64,000 bases of DNA, from assembly GCA_001780275.1 (NCBI GenBank), contig MFGB01000007.1:2280-66279 (forward strand), given 5' to 3'. This DNA comes from Candidatus Falkowbacteria bacterium RIFOXYA2_FULL_47_19 (GTDB taxonomy: Bacteria > Patescibacteriota > Patescibacteriia > Patescibacteriales > UBA12075). The position numbers and the translations under genes were made by a program. Shown here piece by piece: positions 1 to 10,238 of this stretch (positions within the stretch are counted from its first letter, which is position 1; each line of letters starts with the position of its first letter). The notes beneath the pieces are model-generated. The model saw only the letters and a program-made list of their open reading frames with translations. It was not told the origin of the DNA and searched no databases.

Positions 1-751
1 AAGTTATTTTTATATCCTCCAGCGCGCGGGCGGTGTTGTCTTCATGGTCAATTTTCGCCCGGATCATGGAAACATGGTTTACGCCCGCCATCACTTTTTG
101 CATGGTCTTAAGCGGAATAAATACCTGATCGTCATAATCCTGCATGGCGACCGTGCCGCGCCCCGCCATAACTCCGATCACCTCGAACATATGGGTTTTG
201 ACCTTTATCCTTTGGCCGACCGCCTCGGATTCACCGAACAATTCTTCTTTGACCGTACTGCCCAGAACAACCACCTTGGTTAAACTGCGGTTTTCCTCTT
301 CCGTAAAAAACCTTCCGGATTCCAGCTCTCCGCCTTCTACGGCTATGTATCCGGAGGAGCAGCCGTTAAGATTCGTATCATAGCTGTTTGAGCTCCAATT
401 GAGCGTCCCTATGCCCTTATAATATGCGACTACATCCTCTATATTGGGAACGTTTTTTTTCTCCTTAAGCGCCAAGGCGTCATCATAGGTCAGGGTTGTG
501 ATCACTATGCCCATGACCGAAGCGGGCGGGCCGTCTTCTTCCGAATAACCGGGGATAATACCGATAAGATTGGTTCCCAGTGATTTTACCTGATTGAGTA
601 TCAGGCTTTGCGCGCCGGCCCCCACCGCCATGATCACGATCACGGCCCCGACGCCGATGATAATACCGAGCATAGTCAAAAAACTCCTGCCCTTGTTAGA
701 GAGGAGCGCGATTACGGCTGTTTTTACGACTTGGATGTATTGGCTAAACAT
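1..751 (-). CDS. ABC transporter permease, MacB/FtsX family (3' end runs off window)
   Basis: Manual translation from ATG at 751: MFSQYIQVVKTAVIALLSNKGRSFLTMLGIIIGVGAVIVIMAVGAGAQSLILNQVKSLGTNLIGIIPG, the typical MacB-type permease N-terminus; directly downstream of the ABC ATPase. Confidence 0.9.
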   Translation of the reverse strand, partial: MFSQYIQVVKTAVIALLSNKGRSFLTMLGIIIGVGAVIVIMAVGAGAQSLILNQVKSLGTNLIGIIPGYSEEDGPPASVMGIVITTLTYDDALALKEKKNVPNIEDVVAYYKGIGTLNWSSNSYDTNLNGCSSGYIAVEGGELESGRFFTEEENRSLTKVVVLGSTVKEELFGESEAVGQRIKVKTHMFEVIGVMAGRGTVAMQDYDDQVFIPLKTMQKVMAGVNHVSMIRAKIDHEDNTARALEDIKIT

Positions 752-808
752 GGTTTGGGGATTGGGGAATTTTTAGTTAAAAAATGAGACGCCCGCTCCT
801 TTTAAAAA

Positions 809-1522
809 TTATTTTAAAATTTCTCCTTCATGTGCAAAACGTCTTTTTAAGATCTTATGGTCGCGGGTTAAGAGTCCGTCCCTGACCTCAATGATCCTTT
901 TGGCGTGCTCCGCGGTATAAGTTTCATGCGTTACCAGAATTATCGTATTGCCGGCATCGTTCAATTTCTGCAGGATTTCCATGATCTGGATGCCGGATTT
1001 CGAATCAAGATTGCCGGTCGGTTCATCGGCAAAGATGACCGAGGGGCGGTTGACCAAGGCCCGCGCAATCGCCACCCGCTGTTTTTCTCCACCCGAAATC
1101 TGGTTCGTATAATGATGCAGACGATGGGAAAGGCCGACGCTCGACAAAACCTCCTTTGCCCGTTTATCCATATCGACTTTAGCGGCCGCGTAAGTCAGAG
1201 GCAATTTGACGTTTTCCAAAACCGTGGTGCGCGGCAGCAGGTTAAAGGCCTGGAAAACGAAACCGATCTTCTCGTTCCGAAAACCGGCTAATTCATTATC
1301 ACTCAAAGTGCTTACCTCCCGGCCGGCTAACGTATAGCTCCCGGAAGAGGGACGGTCCAAAAGCCCTAAAATATGCATAAGTGTCGATTTTCCCGAACCG
1401 GACGGACCCATGATAGCCACGAATTCCCCTTCGCCAATAACAAAAGAAAGGCCGTGGAGCACTTTCGTCACGACCTCGCCGGTTTTAAATTCCTTTTTAA
1501 GATTATGGATATCAATAAGCAT
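809..1522 (-). CDS. ABC transporter ATP-binding protein, LolD/MacB-type
   Basis: Walker A GPSGSGKS, signature ISGGEKQR, Walker [13 protein letters not shown]-loop VTHE. Confidence 0.95.
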   Translation of the reverse strand: MLIDIHNLKKEFKTGEVVTKVLHGLSFVIGEGEFVAIMGPSGSGKSTLMHILGLLDRPSSGSYTLAGREVSTLSDNELAGFRNEKIGFVFQAFNLLPRTTVLENVKLPLTYAAAKVDMDKRAKEVLSSVGLSHRLHHYTNQISGGEKQRVAIARALVNRPSVIFADEPTGNLDSKSGIQIMEILQKLNDAGNTIILVTHETYTAEHAKRIIEVRDGLLTRDHKILKRRFAHEGEILK

Positions 1523-1577
1523 AACAGACGCCGTTCGATGCGGCTTTACGCGCTATAAATCTTTGCGCGAAAAACCG

Positions 1578-1853
1578 CTAAACGCTTTCCGCGAATCTTT
1601 TTTGATCGTCGCCCAATCTTTCCCAAGTGTCCTGGTTGGTGTCTTTCATGTCCCGAAGCTTGTCTTTAAGATGAGCGGTTAATAGATTCAGATTATCCTC
1701 GCTTTCATTAACGGCCTCAAAAACAGCCTCGTCTTCTTCCGGGAATGACATCTGCAAAAATAAAGACCAAAGATTCTTCTGGTTTAAATCCAGGCCCGAA
1801 AAGGCGATAAGGTTTCTTAATTTCTCTTTATAATTCATATAATAAGTAGTCAA
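1578..1853 (-). CDS. hypothetical protein (true start may be the internal ATG near 1838)
   Basis: ORF co-oriented within the exporter operon; helical, charged composition. Confidence 0.55.
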   Translation of the reverse strand: MTTYYMNYKEKLRNLIAFSGLDLNQKNLWSLFLQMSFPEEDEAVFEAVNESEDNLNLLTAHLKDKLRDMKDTNQDTWERLGDDQKRFAESV

Positions 1854-1871
1854 ATTTAATTAAAAACAGGC

Positions 1872-2009
1872 TTATTTCGCTTCCTGTATCTTTTTCATGA
1901 ACTGATCTACGTCATCCGGAGTAATATCCCGGGAAAATACACTGTCTATAGCCTGCTTGCCGGCCTCTAATTTTGTTAGTTCTGGTTGCATGGGTTTTTC
2001 TCTAAACAT
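1872..2009 (-). CDS. small hypothetical protein (45 aa, not in ORF track)
   Basis: MFREKPMQPELTKLEAGKQAIDSVFSRDITPDDVDQFMKKIQEAK*; fills the gap between co-oriented genes and has an AT-rich leader like the native genes. Confidence 0.5.
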   Translation of the reverse strand: MFREKPMQPELTKLEAGKQAIDSVFSRDITPDDVDQFMKKIQEAK

Positions 2010-2037
2010 ACTTTTTTTGTTATTTTATTATTTGTAA

Positions 2038-3930
2038 TTAATTTTCTTCGATATAGGTAATCACTAATTCCCCTTCATTAACGCCTGACAAAATTTCTAC
2101 CAGGCCCTCGTCTCCTCTTAACCCGGTGGTAACCTTCTTCTCCTGCGCTTCATTTCCGACCAGGATACGGGCGAACTTACCGTCTCCGTTCTTGTCCACT
2201 ATCGACCGGCTCGGCATCAGAAGCGCGTTCTCTTTTTCGGCCGCGGTTATCACTACATTAGCGGTCATGCCGGATTTAATATCATCTTCTCCGGCATCGA
2301 AACCGATATCGATCTTATAGTAAATAACGTCCTGGATTACGGTTTCCGCCGGTTCAATAAATTCGATCTGGCCGAAAAACTTTCGATCTTCGCCGTAAGC
2401 GTCCAGGGTGATCTCCGCTTTATTGCCTGTTTTTATCTTAGATATATCCGCTTCCGAAATCAAGACTTCAATGTCAAACTTATCTTCTCCTAAAAGATAT
2501 ATTACCGGGGAGCCGGACATCGCCTGCTCCCCTACCTCGTAATCTATTTTAGTGACCAACCCGTCTATAGGAGAAATTATCTTGCTGTTATCTATTTGTT
2601 TGTTCGTGTCGTCCAGCGCGGCCTGAGCCTGCCTCAACCTGGCTTCAGTTAGAGAGATATCGTATTTATTGGCCGGCGCCGTTATCTTCTTAAGTTGCGC
2701 CTCAGCTACCGCCAGGGCTTCCCGTCCGGCATTGACCTTGGATTCAGCCAGGGTTATCTGCTGATTACCTGAGTATTTCGCCGAAGACAAGGTGTTTTTA
2801 GCATTTCGGACCGCGTTATCGTACGCGGCCTCGGCAACGGAAAGGCTTTCTTCCGAAGCGGAAACGTTTGTATCATAACTCAGGATGGCGCTATCAAGGT
2901 TTTGCTTGGCTGTTTGCAGGGCCGTAATAGCGGCCGCTGCCAAGGTTTGTTGCGAACTTATGCCGGATTTAAGGGCATCTAAATCGGCTTGGCTAAAAAC
3001 AGAAGAAGTGATACTCGCTTCCAGGGCGCTGAAGCATAACTGAAGCGCGGAAAACGTTTTATTGAGCGCGGTTAGACCCGCTTCTGCGGCAGCAACAACG
3101 GTATTGTCGTTATTATCGGCTTTGGCAGCGGCTAAACTGATTTTAGCGGCCGTCAGGAGATCTTTTGCCTCGCCATAAGCAATATTCGTATTTGTCAGAT
3201 AAACAGTGTTTTTGACGCTGATCATATCCTCCGCGTCTTCGTCTTTTACGGTACGATCGATCGTATCGAGAGCGGTGTTATTTACGGCCAGCTTATCCTC
3301 GATAGTTGCCAGAGCCGCAGCTTTATAGTTATCTATAGACCTTTGGTAAGTCGCCTTAGCGTTGTTCAGGCTAGTTTGGGCACTTATCACGGATTGTTCA
3401 TAGGTGGTTATGCTGCCAGGATCATTATTTAAAAGATCATCCAGGTTTTTTTGGGCCTGCAGTGTATTTTCTGTAACCATATCCCTGGTTCTCTCAAGTT
3501 CATTTTGGGCCGCTTCATAAGAAGTCTTAGCCTGATCTACGCCGGCCCTGGCCACGGCTATTTCTTCAGGGGTCGCACCCGCCAAAAGCTTGTTTAAATT
3601 CTCTCTGGCAACATCTAGATTGGCCTGCGCTTCCCGCGCCCGGGTAAGGAGGCCGCTGTAATCCAGCTCCGCCAGAATATCCTGTTTTTTAACCGAATTG
3701 CCGATCCTGAAATTTATTTTATCGATCTTTCCAGTATTTAGAAATCCTAATTTTGTCTCATTGGCCGACTTTACCGTGCCGGTTTCGCTTACCGTCTGAA
3801 CGATCTTTCCGCGCGTTACGGCTTGAGTCGTATAGATCGCCGCCGGTTTTTTTGCCAAAGCAAAATAAACAAAACCGCCTCCGGCCGCGGCCAATATAAC
3901 TAATATTATTATCGCTTTTTTTACGGACAT
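2038..3930 (-). CDS. efflux periplasmic adaptor subunit (HlyD/MacA family) with long coiled coil
   Basis: N-terminal TM, VSETGTVK, lipoyl-like halves, Ala-rich coiled coil, SPIDGLVT, ISEADISKIKTG, GMTANVVI, VTTGLRG. Confidence 0.9.
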   Translation of the reverse strand: MSVKKAIIILVILAAAGGGFVYFALAKKPAAIYTTQAVTRGKIVQTVSETGTVKSANETKLGFLNTGKIDKINFRIGNSVKKQDILAELDYSGLLTRAREAQANLDVARENLNKLLAGATPEEIAVARAGVDQAKTSYEAAQNELERTRDMVTENTLQAQKNLDDLLNNDPGSITTYEQSVISAQTSLNNAKATYQRSIDNYKAAALATIEDKLAVNNTALDTIDRTVKDEDAEDMISVKNTVYLTNTNIAYGEAKDLLTAAKISLAAAKADNNDNTVVAAAEAGLTALNKTFSALQLCFSALEASITSSVFSQADLDALKSGISSQQTLAAAAITALQTAKQNLDSAILSYDTNVSASEESLSVAEAAYDNAVRNAKNTLSSAKYSGNQQITLAESKVNAGREALAVAEAQLKKITAPANKYDISLTEARLRQAQAALDDTNKQIDNSKIISPIDGLVTKIDYEVGEQAMSGSPVIYLLGEDKFDIEVLISEADISKIKTGNKAEITLDAYGEDRKFFGQIEFIEPAETVIQDVIYYKIDIGFDAGEDDIKSGMTANVVITAAEKENALLMPSRSIVDKNGDGKFARILVGNEAQEKKVTTGLRGDEGLVEILSGVNEGELVITYIEEN

Positions 3931-3941
3931 ATTTTTCGATT

Positions 3942-4346
3942 TTACCCGAGCTTCTTTATGTTCTTTTTTCGGTTTTTGATTATTCTTATGACTTTTTCTA
4001 TGAATTGGTCAAGGCTAAAATCGTTCTTTACGAAATAATACAGATCGCCCCAATTGTGGCACTGGCTTTTTATGTCATTCTCGCTGATATCGGAAAAAAT
4101 AAACACCGGTATGTTATAAGTCGCCTCGTTTGATTTTATGTCATGAAGTATCATCGAGGCGTCAGTAAGTGGTAGGACAAAATCGAGGATAATATAATCC
4201 GGTCGAAATGATATTATGGATCGCATTATCTTCCACGCTTCCTCGACGCCGCTATTTACCGATACTGACATGCCCAAGGAGCTGAATTTAGCCTCCAGTC
4301 CACTCAATACGTTAATATCGTCTTCAATGATAAAAACTTTATCCAT
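3942..4346 (-). CDS. single-domain response regulator (receiver)
   Basis: FIIEDD, PDYIILDFVLP, IPVFIFS receiver motifs. Confidence 0.8.
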   Translation of the reverse strand: MDKVFIIEDDINVLSGLEAKFSSLGMSVSVNSGVEEAWKIMRSIISFRPDYIILDFVLPLTDASMILHDIKSNEATYNIPVFIFSDISENDIKSQCHNWGDLYYFVKNDFSLDQFIEKVIRIIKNRKKNIKKLG

Positions 4347-4409
4347 AAAGATATTATACCAAAAAAGCCTTTTTTTAACAACCGTCGTAAACGCTGTTTT
4401 TTACGCAGT

Positions 4410-4436
4410 AAAAATGGCCGTCTAGCGGCCATTTTT
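4410..4436. terminator. intrinsic terminator-like hairpin
   Basis: AAAAATGGCCG-TCTAG-CGGCCATTTTT downstream of the pilin gene. Confidence 0.65.
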
Positions 4437-4472
4437 ATAAAAATAGTGAATTTATTACTAGCAAAAATACCA

Positions 4473-4868
4473 TTATCCGGTCGCGCCGGTCGCGTTATAG
4501 AGCGCGTTTATTACAAATTGTGATACAGCGAAAGACGCTAAAATGATCACTAAGCCGATAACGCCGGCCGAAATTATCTTTTTTGCGGTATCCACATCCC
4601 CTTCGTCGCCGGCGGCAGTCATCCATTTAAAGCCTCCGTAGAGGATCAACAAAACCGCGATTATACCTAAAAATCCCAGCAGCACTTTTAAAACCGAACC
4701 GGCCATGGTCCGGGGGTCGGTATTACCGAGTCCGGTTGCGACCTGAACGTTTTGTTCGTGCCCACCCCAAAGCATGCTGTTTGAATCCGCTTTCGCAACT
4801 GGCGCCAAGCCGAACATCGGCATGACGATAAAAATAAAAATACTAAAAATCGCAAATATTTTGATCAT
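4473..4868 (-). CDS. pilin (TrbC/VirB2-like, CPR-type)
   Basis: Signal peptide, then GLGNTDPR, two hydrophobic helices, LYGGFKWMTAAGDEGDVDTAKKII. Confidence 0.8.
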   Translation of the reverse strand: MIKIFAIFSIFIFIVMPMFGLAPVAKADSNSMLWGGHEQNVQVATGLGNTDPRTMAGSVLKVLLGFLGIIAVLLILYGGFKWMTAAGDEGDVDTAKKIISAGVIGLVIILASFAVSQFVINALYNATGATG

Positions 4869-4956
4869 GTGTTTTAAATTATTTTAATACTGATTTAATT
4901 ATAGCAAAAAACAGGAAAATATGCAATATATTAATCCTGATCATAAATAATCGGAT

Positions 4957-5568
4957 TTAAGCGAATTTCCTGATTACCCCCCTAACCACTCCCTGGATTA
5001 ACGGATCTTTAACGTAAATCGGTTTCATGGCGGAATTCGCCGGTTGAAGCCTGATCCGGCTGGTTTCCCGATAAAATTTCTTAAGCGTAGCGTACGCGTT
5101 ATTTAAAAGGGCCACGACCACGTCGCCGTTTGCCGGCGAAGGATTGCGTTCCACGATAACGTAATCACCGTCCAATATTCCCTCCTCGATCATCGATTGT
5201 CCCTTGACCCTTAAGACGTAACTATTGGCTTCGTCCCTTACGAAATCGGCCGGCACGCCGATCGTTTCCCTCTCCTCCAGGGCTTCGATCGGTTCACCGG
5301 CGGTAATAAGACCGGCCAGCGGTAATTCCAGGGCCCGGGTCCAGCTAAGATCGACCGGTACGATCTCGATCGAACGGGGTTCATTATAACCGGATCTCAA
5401 CATGCCCCGCTTCTTCAGATTCTCGATATGAACATGTACCGTGGCCGGACTATTAAGATCGAACCGCTCGCCGATTTCCCGCAAACTGGGCGCGAAACCG
5501 TTTTCGGCGGTAAATTCAGTTATGAAATCCATGATCTGCCTCTGTCTTTTAGTTAAATTTTTTCCCAT
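4957..5568 (-). CDS. lexA: LexA transcriptional repressor
   Basis: LTKRQ..I wHTH, PSLREIG, Ala-Gly cleavage site (TAGEP), catalytic Ser (GQSM) and Lys (TLKK). Confidence 0.96.
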   Translation of the reverse strand: MGKNLTKRQRQIMDFITEFTAENGFAPSLREIGERFDLNSPATVHVHIENLKKRGMLRSGYNEPRSIEIVPVDLSWTRALELPLAGLITAGEPIEALEERETIGVPADFVRDEANSYVLRVKGQSMIEEGILDGDYVIVERNPSPANGDVVVALLNNAYATLKKFYRETSRIRLQPANSAMKPIYVKDPLIQGVVRGVIRKFA

Positions 5569-5672
5569 ATTTTTGTTTTTATATTAAAAAAATTGTTTAT
5601 AGACCATCCCGTCCGAAGACCGACGGGATGGAAGTTTTTATAGATAAGTCGTCTAAATTCTATCCGCATAAC

Positions 5673-5681
5673 TTATCCACA
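5673..5681 (+). promoter_or_regulatory. DnaA box
   Basis: Exact TTATCCACA in the lexA leader. Confidence 0.5.
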
Positions 5682-5699
5682 AGCATGCCCAATGATTTT

Positions 5700-5728
5700 A
5701 TTATACACGAACAAAAAACGAAAGTCAA
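5700..5728 (-). promoter_or_regulatory. sigma70 promoter of lexA with candidate LexA operator in the spacer
   Basis: TTGACT-17 nt-TATAAT; the spacer TTCGTTTTTTGTTCGTG contains a TTCG-N7-TTCG direct repeat. Confidence 0.7.
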
Positions 5729-5771
5729 CAAAATTAAAAATCCCCTGTTTTTACGGGGGAATTTTGTTTAT

Positions 5772-6170
5772 TTATTCTTTTAAAAAATCTTCCAGCTGTT
5801 GCTTTTTGTTTTTCTCCGCTTGCCTTTGGGTTTGCGTGGCTGCAGCTACTACATGCAATTTTAATTCGGTTAATATTCTTTGGTGAAACTTATATAGCTC
5901 ATGATCTTTCTGATCAACAAGGCCATCTATTTGCATTCCGTAATAATTATTGACACTGTATTCAAATAATACTTCCCGCCCCACATTTAAAACCCTGAGA
6001 ATTATCGGCCAGCACATAGCTTTATAATCTATAAAAATTTCTATAATGATCATGCCTTCCTGCGCGGAGATCAGGGTGGTGTTGCCGGACCATTGCCACA
6101 TATCAAGCGGATATTTTTTTATTTTTTCAAGGATCTGCCGCAATTTTTCTTTATCGCCATGCTCTAGCAT
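5772..6170 (-). CDS. hypothetical protein
   Basis: 132-aa ORF with purine-rich RBS (GAAAGGG), last gene of a three-gene accessory unit. Confidence 0.6.
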   Translation of the reverse strand: MLEHGDKEKLRQILEKIKKYPLDMWQWSGNTTLISAQEGMIIIEIFIDYKAMCWPIILRVLNVGREVLFEYSVNNYYGMQIDGLVDQKDHELYKFHQRILTELKLHVVAAATQTQRQAEKNKKQQLEDFLKE

Positions 6171-6194
6171 AAATCGCCCTTTCTTTGTGTTCTT

Positions 6195-6437
6195 TTACTC
6201 CACCTGTCCCAGACCCTGTTTACAGATGTCGGCAAATTCACGAAACATCATTTCCATTTTTTCATCCACCAGAATACATCCCTGACCCAGAGGATGATCC
6301 GGATTCACGTTCTTCATTGCTTCCCGAATTTGATTAGTTAGCTCCTGAAGTCTTGGGGTCTTGCTCTCAAATTCTTCATAATCCGGATGCTGCAAATAAG
6401 GCAATATTAAATCTACCGCTTGTCTAAAAAACATCAT
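6195..6437 (-). CDS. hypothetical protein
   Basis: 80-aa ORF; start overlaps the stop of the upstream gene (TAATG coupling). Confidence 0.55.
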   Translation of the reverse strand: MMFFRQAVDLILPYLQHPDYEEFESKTPRLQELTNQIREAMKNVNPDHPLGQGCILVDEKMEMMFREFADICKQGLGQVE

Positions 6438-6889
6438 TATTTCGCCCTCCCCGAAAGTCGTTGAATTGTGTTAACCGATAAAATGCCGGTAATGGCTAAT
6501 TGTACCATAGGTGAAAGACCCACCGGAAACGGCAGTCCCAGATCTTTTAATGTGGGCATGGAATTTTTATAATGCCAGGCGCCCTCTAAAATCCGATGCC
6601 ACTCCAGTCCGAAAGAAAACACCAGCAAGCCGCCGAAAATAAAAGCATATCCGCGCCGATCAAATTTAAAACCGGCAATAAAAAAAACCAGGCCGGAAAT
6701 TATGACAACCCAAACCATATCAAAAACAGTAGACTGTAAAATCCTTAAAATATAAAACTCCGCACCAGGCTTAAGCGGCGACTGATTCCAATCATACAAA
6801 GGACTATGCGCGACCTCCCAGCCCAGATTAAGAAAAAAAGACAAAAGCGCCAGCGCACCGAAAAAAAATATGATCTGTTTTCGCTTCAT
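6437..6889 (-). CDS. integral membrane protein
   Basis: About 4 hydrophobic segments, LNLGWEVAHSPLY and W.Y...MP motifs; TTGACA-17-TAATTT promoter upstream. Confidence 0.7.
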   Translation of the reverse strand: MKRKQIIFFFGALALLSFFLNLGWEVAHSPLYDWNQSPLKPGAEFYILRILQSTVFDMVWVVIISGLVFFIAGFKFDRRGYAFIFGGLLVFSFGLEWHRILEGAWHYKNSMPTLKDLGLPFPVGLSPMVQLAITGILSVNTIQRLSGRAK

Positions 6890-7013
6890 AAATATTTTCC
6901 AGTATTTTAAAGTTCAATAATTAATATTAATTTAAATTAACAGCTAAAACTAAAATTGTCAACAAAAAACGCCGTTTAGGCGTTTTCTGGTTTTAATCTT
7001 AATCTGTGGTTGA

Positions 7014-7172
7014 TTATTGGGCCTTGGGCATGATCCGAAACATGGTGGTGCCGCAAACCGGGCATTTCCCTTTCATCGCTTTCCTTGCCTGTCCGCCTTT
7101 GCCCTTCATTTCTACTTCCTGTCCATCAACCATTTCCTGTTTGGCTTTACATTTTACGCAATATGCTTCCAT
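7014..7172 (-). CDS. small zinc-ribbon protein, DUF5679-like (52 aa, not in ORF track)
   Basis: MEAYCVKCKAKQEMVDGQEVEMKGKGGQARKAMKGKCPVCGTTMFRIMPKAQ*; two CxxC pairs; terminator hairpin at 6964-6986 follows. Confidence 0.85.
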   Translation of the reverse strand: MEAYCVKCKAKQEMVDGQEVEMKGKGGQARKAMKGKCPVCGTTMFRIMPKAQ

Positions 7173-7340
7173 AAATTTATTTTTTCGCTAAAAATAAGAA
7201 AAACTTATTTTAACGAAATATATTTTTAATTATTTTATTTAATATCAGCTATTTTTAAAGATATGTGGACATTGGTTATTCGGATACAAGTTTATTTTAT
7301 CATATTTTTACATATAAAGCCAGTCAAACCTGCCCGATCC

Positions 7341-8186
7341 TCAAAAATCCTTTTTAGCCGGTAATAAACTTGCCAGTCGCTCGGTCAAACCGATTAAAAT
7401 CTTTCGCCAACCTGAATTATCGCTTTTTTCGCTCTGTCGCCCCGTCGGAGCGGATTCTTCGGATATTCCGGCCACCCGGCCGCGCAAATCCTCTTCCGTG
7501 ACCCTTATCGTGCGGGGGCCGGTACCGGCTGCCTGGGGTTGGTTTTTTATTATATAGGCGGCTAAAATTCCCTTGGTAATAGCGGGACGACTGACTTTTG
7601 CTTCCGTATAAAATTCCCGGGAATCCGGACTGGTTTTTTTAGCTATAAAAATAACCGGATAAACGATCAGTTTATCTAATTTATCCGTTGTGTTTCGCGC
7701 CAATTCCGGCGCAAAACCGGCCGATACGAAAGAAAAGAAAAGAGCGATAAACCCGAAAATCAAGAGCCTAGACAAACGGTGCTCGCTTCTTCTGATTTCA
7801 ATTTTTTGATTTACGCCTCGGGCATTCTTACGAGACGCCGGCCTTCGAGCGTTCTCCTCTGGATTCTTCTGTCCGGAATCGCTTAATAGCCGCTCAAAAC
7901 CTACGGCTCTTCGCGACCATTCATTGACCAGACGCCCCTCGATGTCCGTGTCGGGCAGTTTTTTATCCAGAACCAATTTTAATTTATCATTTTTTACCGG
8001 TAAGGTGGCCGCTAAATACGCCCTTATTTTTTTATCATGATCCGGATCCGTCGGCGAGGGCATCGCATCTTTTTCCCGGCTGATAATCCGTCTCCGATTT
8101 ACCGCGCTTTGTCCGTGTTCATTAAAAATCTGATTTAAAAAATCAATAAATTCGGTCTTCTTATTTTTTTTATCGACCTTAAGCAT
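7341..8186 (-). CDS. hypothetical membrane-anchored protein
   Basis: 281-aa ORF with central TM (LLIFGFIALFFSFVSAGF) and GRVAGIS motif. Confidence 0.65.
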   Translation of the reverse strand: MLKVDKKNKKTEFIDFLNQIFNEHGQSAVNRRRIISREKDAMPSPTDPDHDKKIRAYLAATLPVKNDKLKLVLDKKLPDTDIEGRLVNEWSRRAVGFERLLSDSGQKNPEENARRPASRKNARGVNQKIEIRRSEHRLSRLLIFGFIALFFSFVSAGFAPELARNTTDKLDKLIVYPVIFIAKKTSPDSREFYTEAKVSRPAITKGILAAYIIKNQPQAAGTGPRTIRVTEEDLRGRVAGISEESAPTGRQSEKSDNSGWRKILIGLTERLASLLPAKKDF

Positions 8187-8460
8187 GGGGCAAAATCCTT
8201 ATTATAAACTAAATAAATCCAGTTTTCCACCAGATTTAAATTAATATAAATTATAACATAAAAAACAAAAAATGGCTAAAAAAATAGCCAAAAATCGATT
8301 AAGCAGTCGGGCTTATCGTCGGGAAGTTTATTCCGGGGACGGTTTTCCCCTTTACTTGCTTTATTTTTTTATTTATGTTAGTATTATTTTTAGATTTAAT
8401 GCAATAAAATTTTAACAAATATTCACGCACCGCATTAAATTTACAACTCACATTAATTAT

Positions 8461-8811
8461 ATGAAGAAGGACATCCATCCGAAATATTACGCCAAAGCGA
8501 AAATAATCTGCGCTTGCGGTAATATACTCGTTGCCGGTTCTACCCGGGAAGAGACCAAAACCGAACTTTGTTCCGCCTGCCATCCGTTTTATACGGGCAA
8601 GCAAAAACTCGTAGATACGGCCCGCCGCGTCGAAAAATACAAAGCTAAGGTAACCGGTGTCACTAAGGAAGTAATAAGCAAAAAGGCTAAACGTCAAGCC
8701 AGAGACGAAGTCAGGGCAAAAAAAGAAATTAAGGTCAAGCCCGAGGAAAAGAAAGTGATATCCAAGAAAAAGACAAGAACCGCAAAAAAAACCGCTGCCG
8801 GCAAAAAATAG
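8461..8811 (+). CDS. rpmE: 50S ribosomal protein L31 with Lys-rich C-terminal extension
   Basis: [26 protein letters not shown]. Confidence 0.97.
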   Translation: MKKDIHPKYYAKAKIICACGNILVAGSTREETKTELCSACHPFYTGKQKLVDTARRVEKYKAKVTGVTKEVISKKAKRQARDEVRAKKEIKVKPEEKKVISKKKTRTAKKTAAGKK

Positions 8812-8920
8812 TTACTCTATACGGCTATTCTTTTTTGCGTGCTATAATAATAGCATGCGAAGATGAATAGCCGTTTTTATATTATTAGACATTAGGCGCT
8901 AAAGCCTAAAGCCAAAAAAT

Positions 8921-9988
8921 ATGTACGACGATATAAAAAAACAATTCAAGGAACTGGAAGATCAATTATCCGACCCAGCCATAACCCGGGATATAAAAAA
9001 ACTTACAGAGATAAGCCGTCGGCACTCCGAACTTAAAGATGTTTACGGCCTGGTTTTGGAATTGGAAAAAACCGAAAACAATATCGTCCAAAATAAGGAG
9101 ATGATCAAAAACGAGACCGATGAAGAGATCAAAAATATGGCCAGGGAGGAACTCGCTGGACTGGAAAAAAAATATGATGAGTTAAGGCTCGACCTGGAAA
9201 AGGAGCTCAACCCGGACGACCCCCGGGACAAAAAAAACGTGATCATAGAGATCCGGGCCGGCACCGGTGGGGACGAGTCGGCTTTGTTCGCGGCCGAACT
9301 TTTCCGGATGTACTCCCGTTACGCCGAGAATAAAAGCTGGAAAATCAATATTCTCCACTCCAGTCGTATCGGGCTCGGGGGATTTAAGGAGGTGGTTTTT
9401 GAAATTAAAGGCAAAAACGCTTTCAGTACTCTTAAATTCGAAGCTGGCACGCACCGCGTCCAACGTGTGCCGGAAACCGAAAAAGCCGGCCGTGTCCACA
9501 CCTCGGCCGTAACCGTAGCGGTCCTTCCCGAAGCGGAGGAGCTTGACCTGGAAATCAAACTGGAAGACCTGCGCATAGATACTTACGCCGCTTCCGGACC
9601 GGGCGGGCAGAAGGTCAACACCACCAACTCGGCTATCCGCATAACCCATCTGCCGACCGGACTGGTCGTGCAATGCCAGGACCAAAAGGATCAGCACCAG
9701 AACAAGGAAAAAGCCATGCAAATCTTAAGGTCGCGCCTGGTCCAGAAACTGGAAGATGACCAGCGGGCCAAAGAAGCCGCTGACCGGAAACAGCAAATCG
9801 GGAGCGGCGACCGTTCGGAAAAGATCCGCACCTATAACTACCCCCAGGACCGCATTACCGATCACCGCATAAAGCAGAACTGGAGCAATATGAACGCGAT
9901 CTTAAACGGCGATCTCGATAATATCATAGACGCGCTCAAAGAAGCGCAAAGCGCCCTTAATAATCCGGCCATGAAAAAACCAGCCTGA
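8921..9988 (+). CDS. prfA: peptide chain release factor 1
   Basis: [13 protein letters not shown] anticodon motif (RVPETE), GGQ motif, [12 protein letters not shown]. Confidence 0.97.
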   Translation: MYDDIKKQFKELEDQLSDPAITRDIKKLTEISRRHSELKDVYGLVLELEKTENNIVQNKEMIKNETDEEIKNMAREELAGLEKKYDELRLDLEKELNPDDPRDKKNVIIEIRAGTGGDESALFAAELFRMYSRYAENKSWKINILHSSRIGLGGFKEVVFEIKGKNAFSTLKFEAGTHRVQRVPETEKAGRVHTSAVTVAVLPEAEELDLEIKLEDLRIDTYAASGPGGQKVNTTNSAIRITHLPTGLVVQCQDQKDQHQNKEKAMQILRSRLVQKLEDDQRAKEAADRKQQIGSGDRSEKIRTYNYPQDRITDHRIKQNWSNMNAILNGDLDNIIDALKEAQSALNNPAMKKPA

Positions 9989-10019
9989 TGGCTGGCTTGT
10001 TTTACGCTAATGTCGTCAG

Positions 10020-10166
10020 CTATTTTTCATTTCCCATCCGAAAAGGTTTGTTGTCACACATAGCGTTCACGATTTCGTATTCTTTTTCCATTTTTTTATA
10101 CCCACGTTTATGCAGAATAAAGAGCGTGATTACCGGCGAAAAAACACTCAGTACAAGCAATGCCAT
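10020..10166 (-). CDS. small hypothetical membrane peptide (48 aa, not in ORF track)
   Basis: Strong SD GAGGAGG before ATG; MALLVLSVFSPVITLFILHKRGYKKMEKEYEIVNAMCDNKPFRMGNEK*. Confidence 0.5.
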   Translation of the reverse strand: MALLVLSVFSPVITLFILHKRGYKKMEKEYEIVNAMCDNKPFRMGNEK

Positions 10167-10238
10167 GCTATCCTCCTCAATATTCAAGGTTGACCTTTTA
10201 AGACCAATTTAAAATTATTAAAAATATAGCATAAATAT

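Noticed and set aside
8301..8361. SRP RNA (ffs)
   Set aside because: Lacks the conserved CAGG-GGAA-AGCAG domain IV motif and is too short
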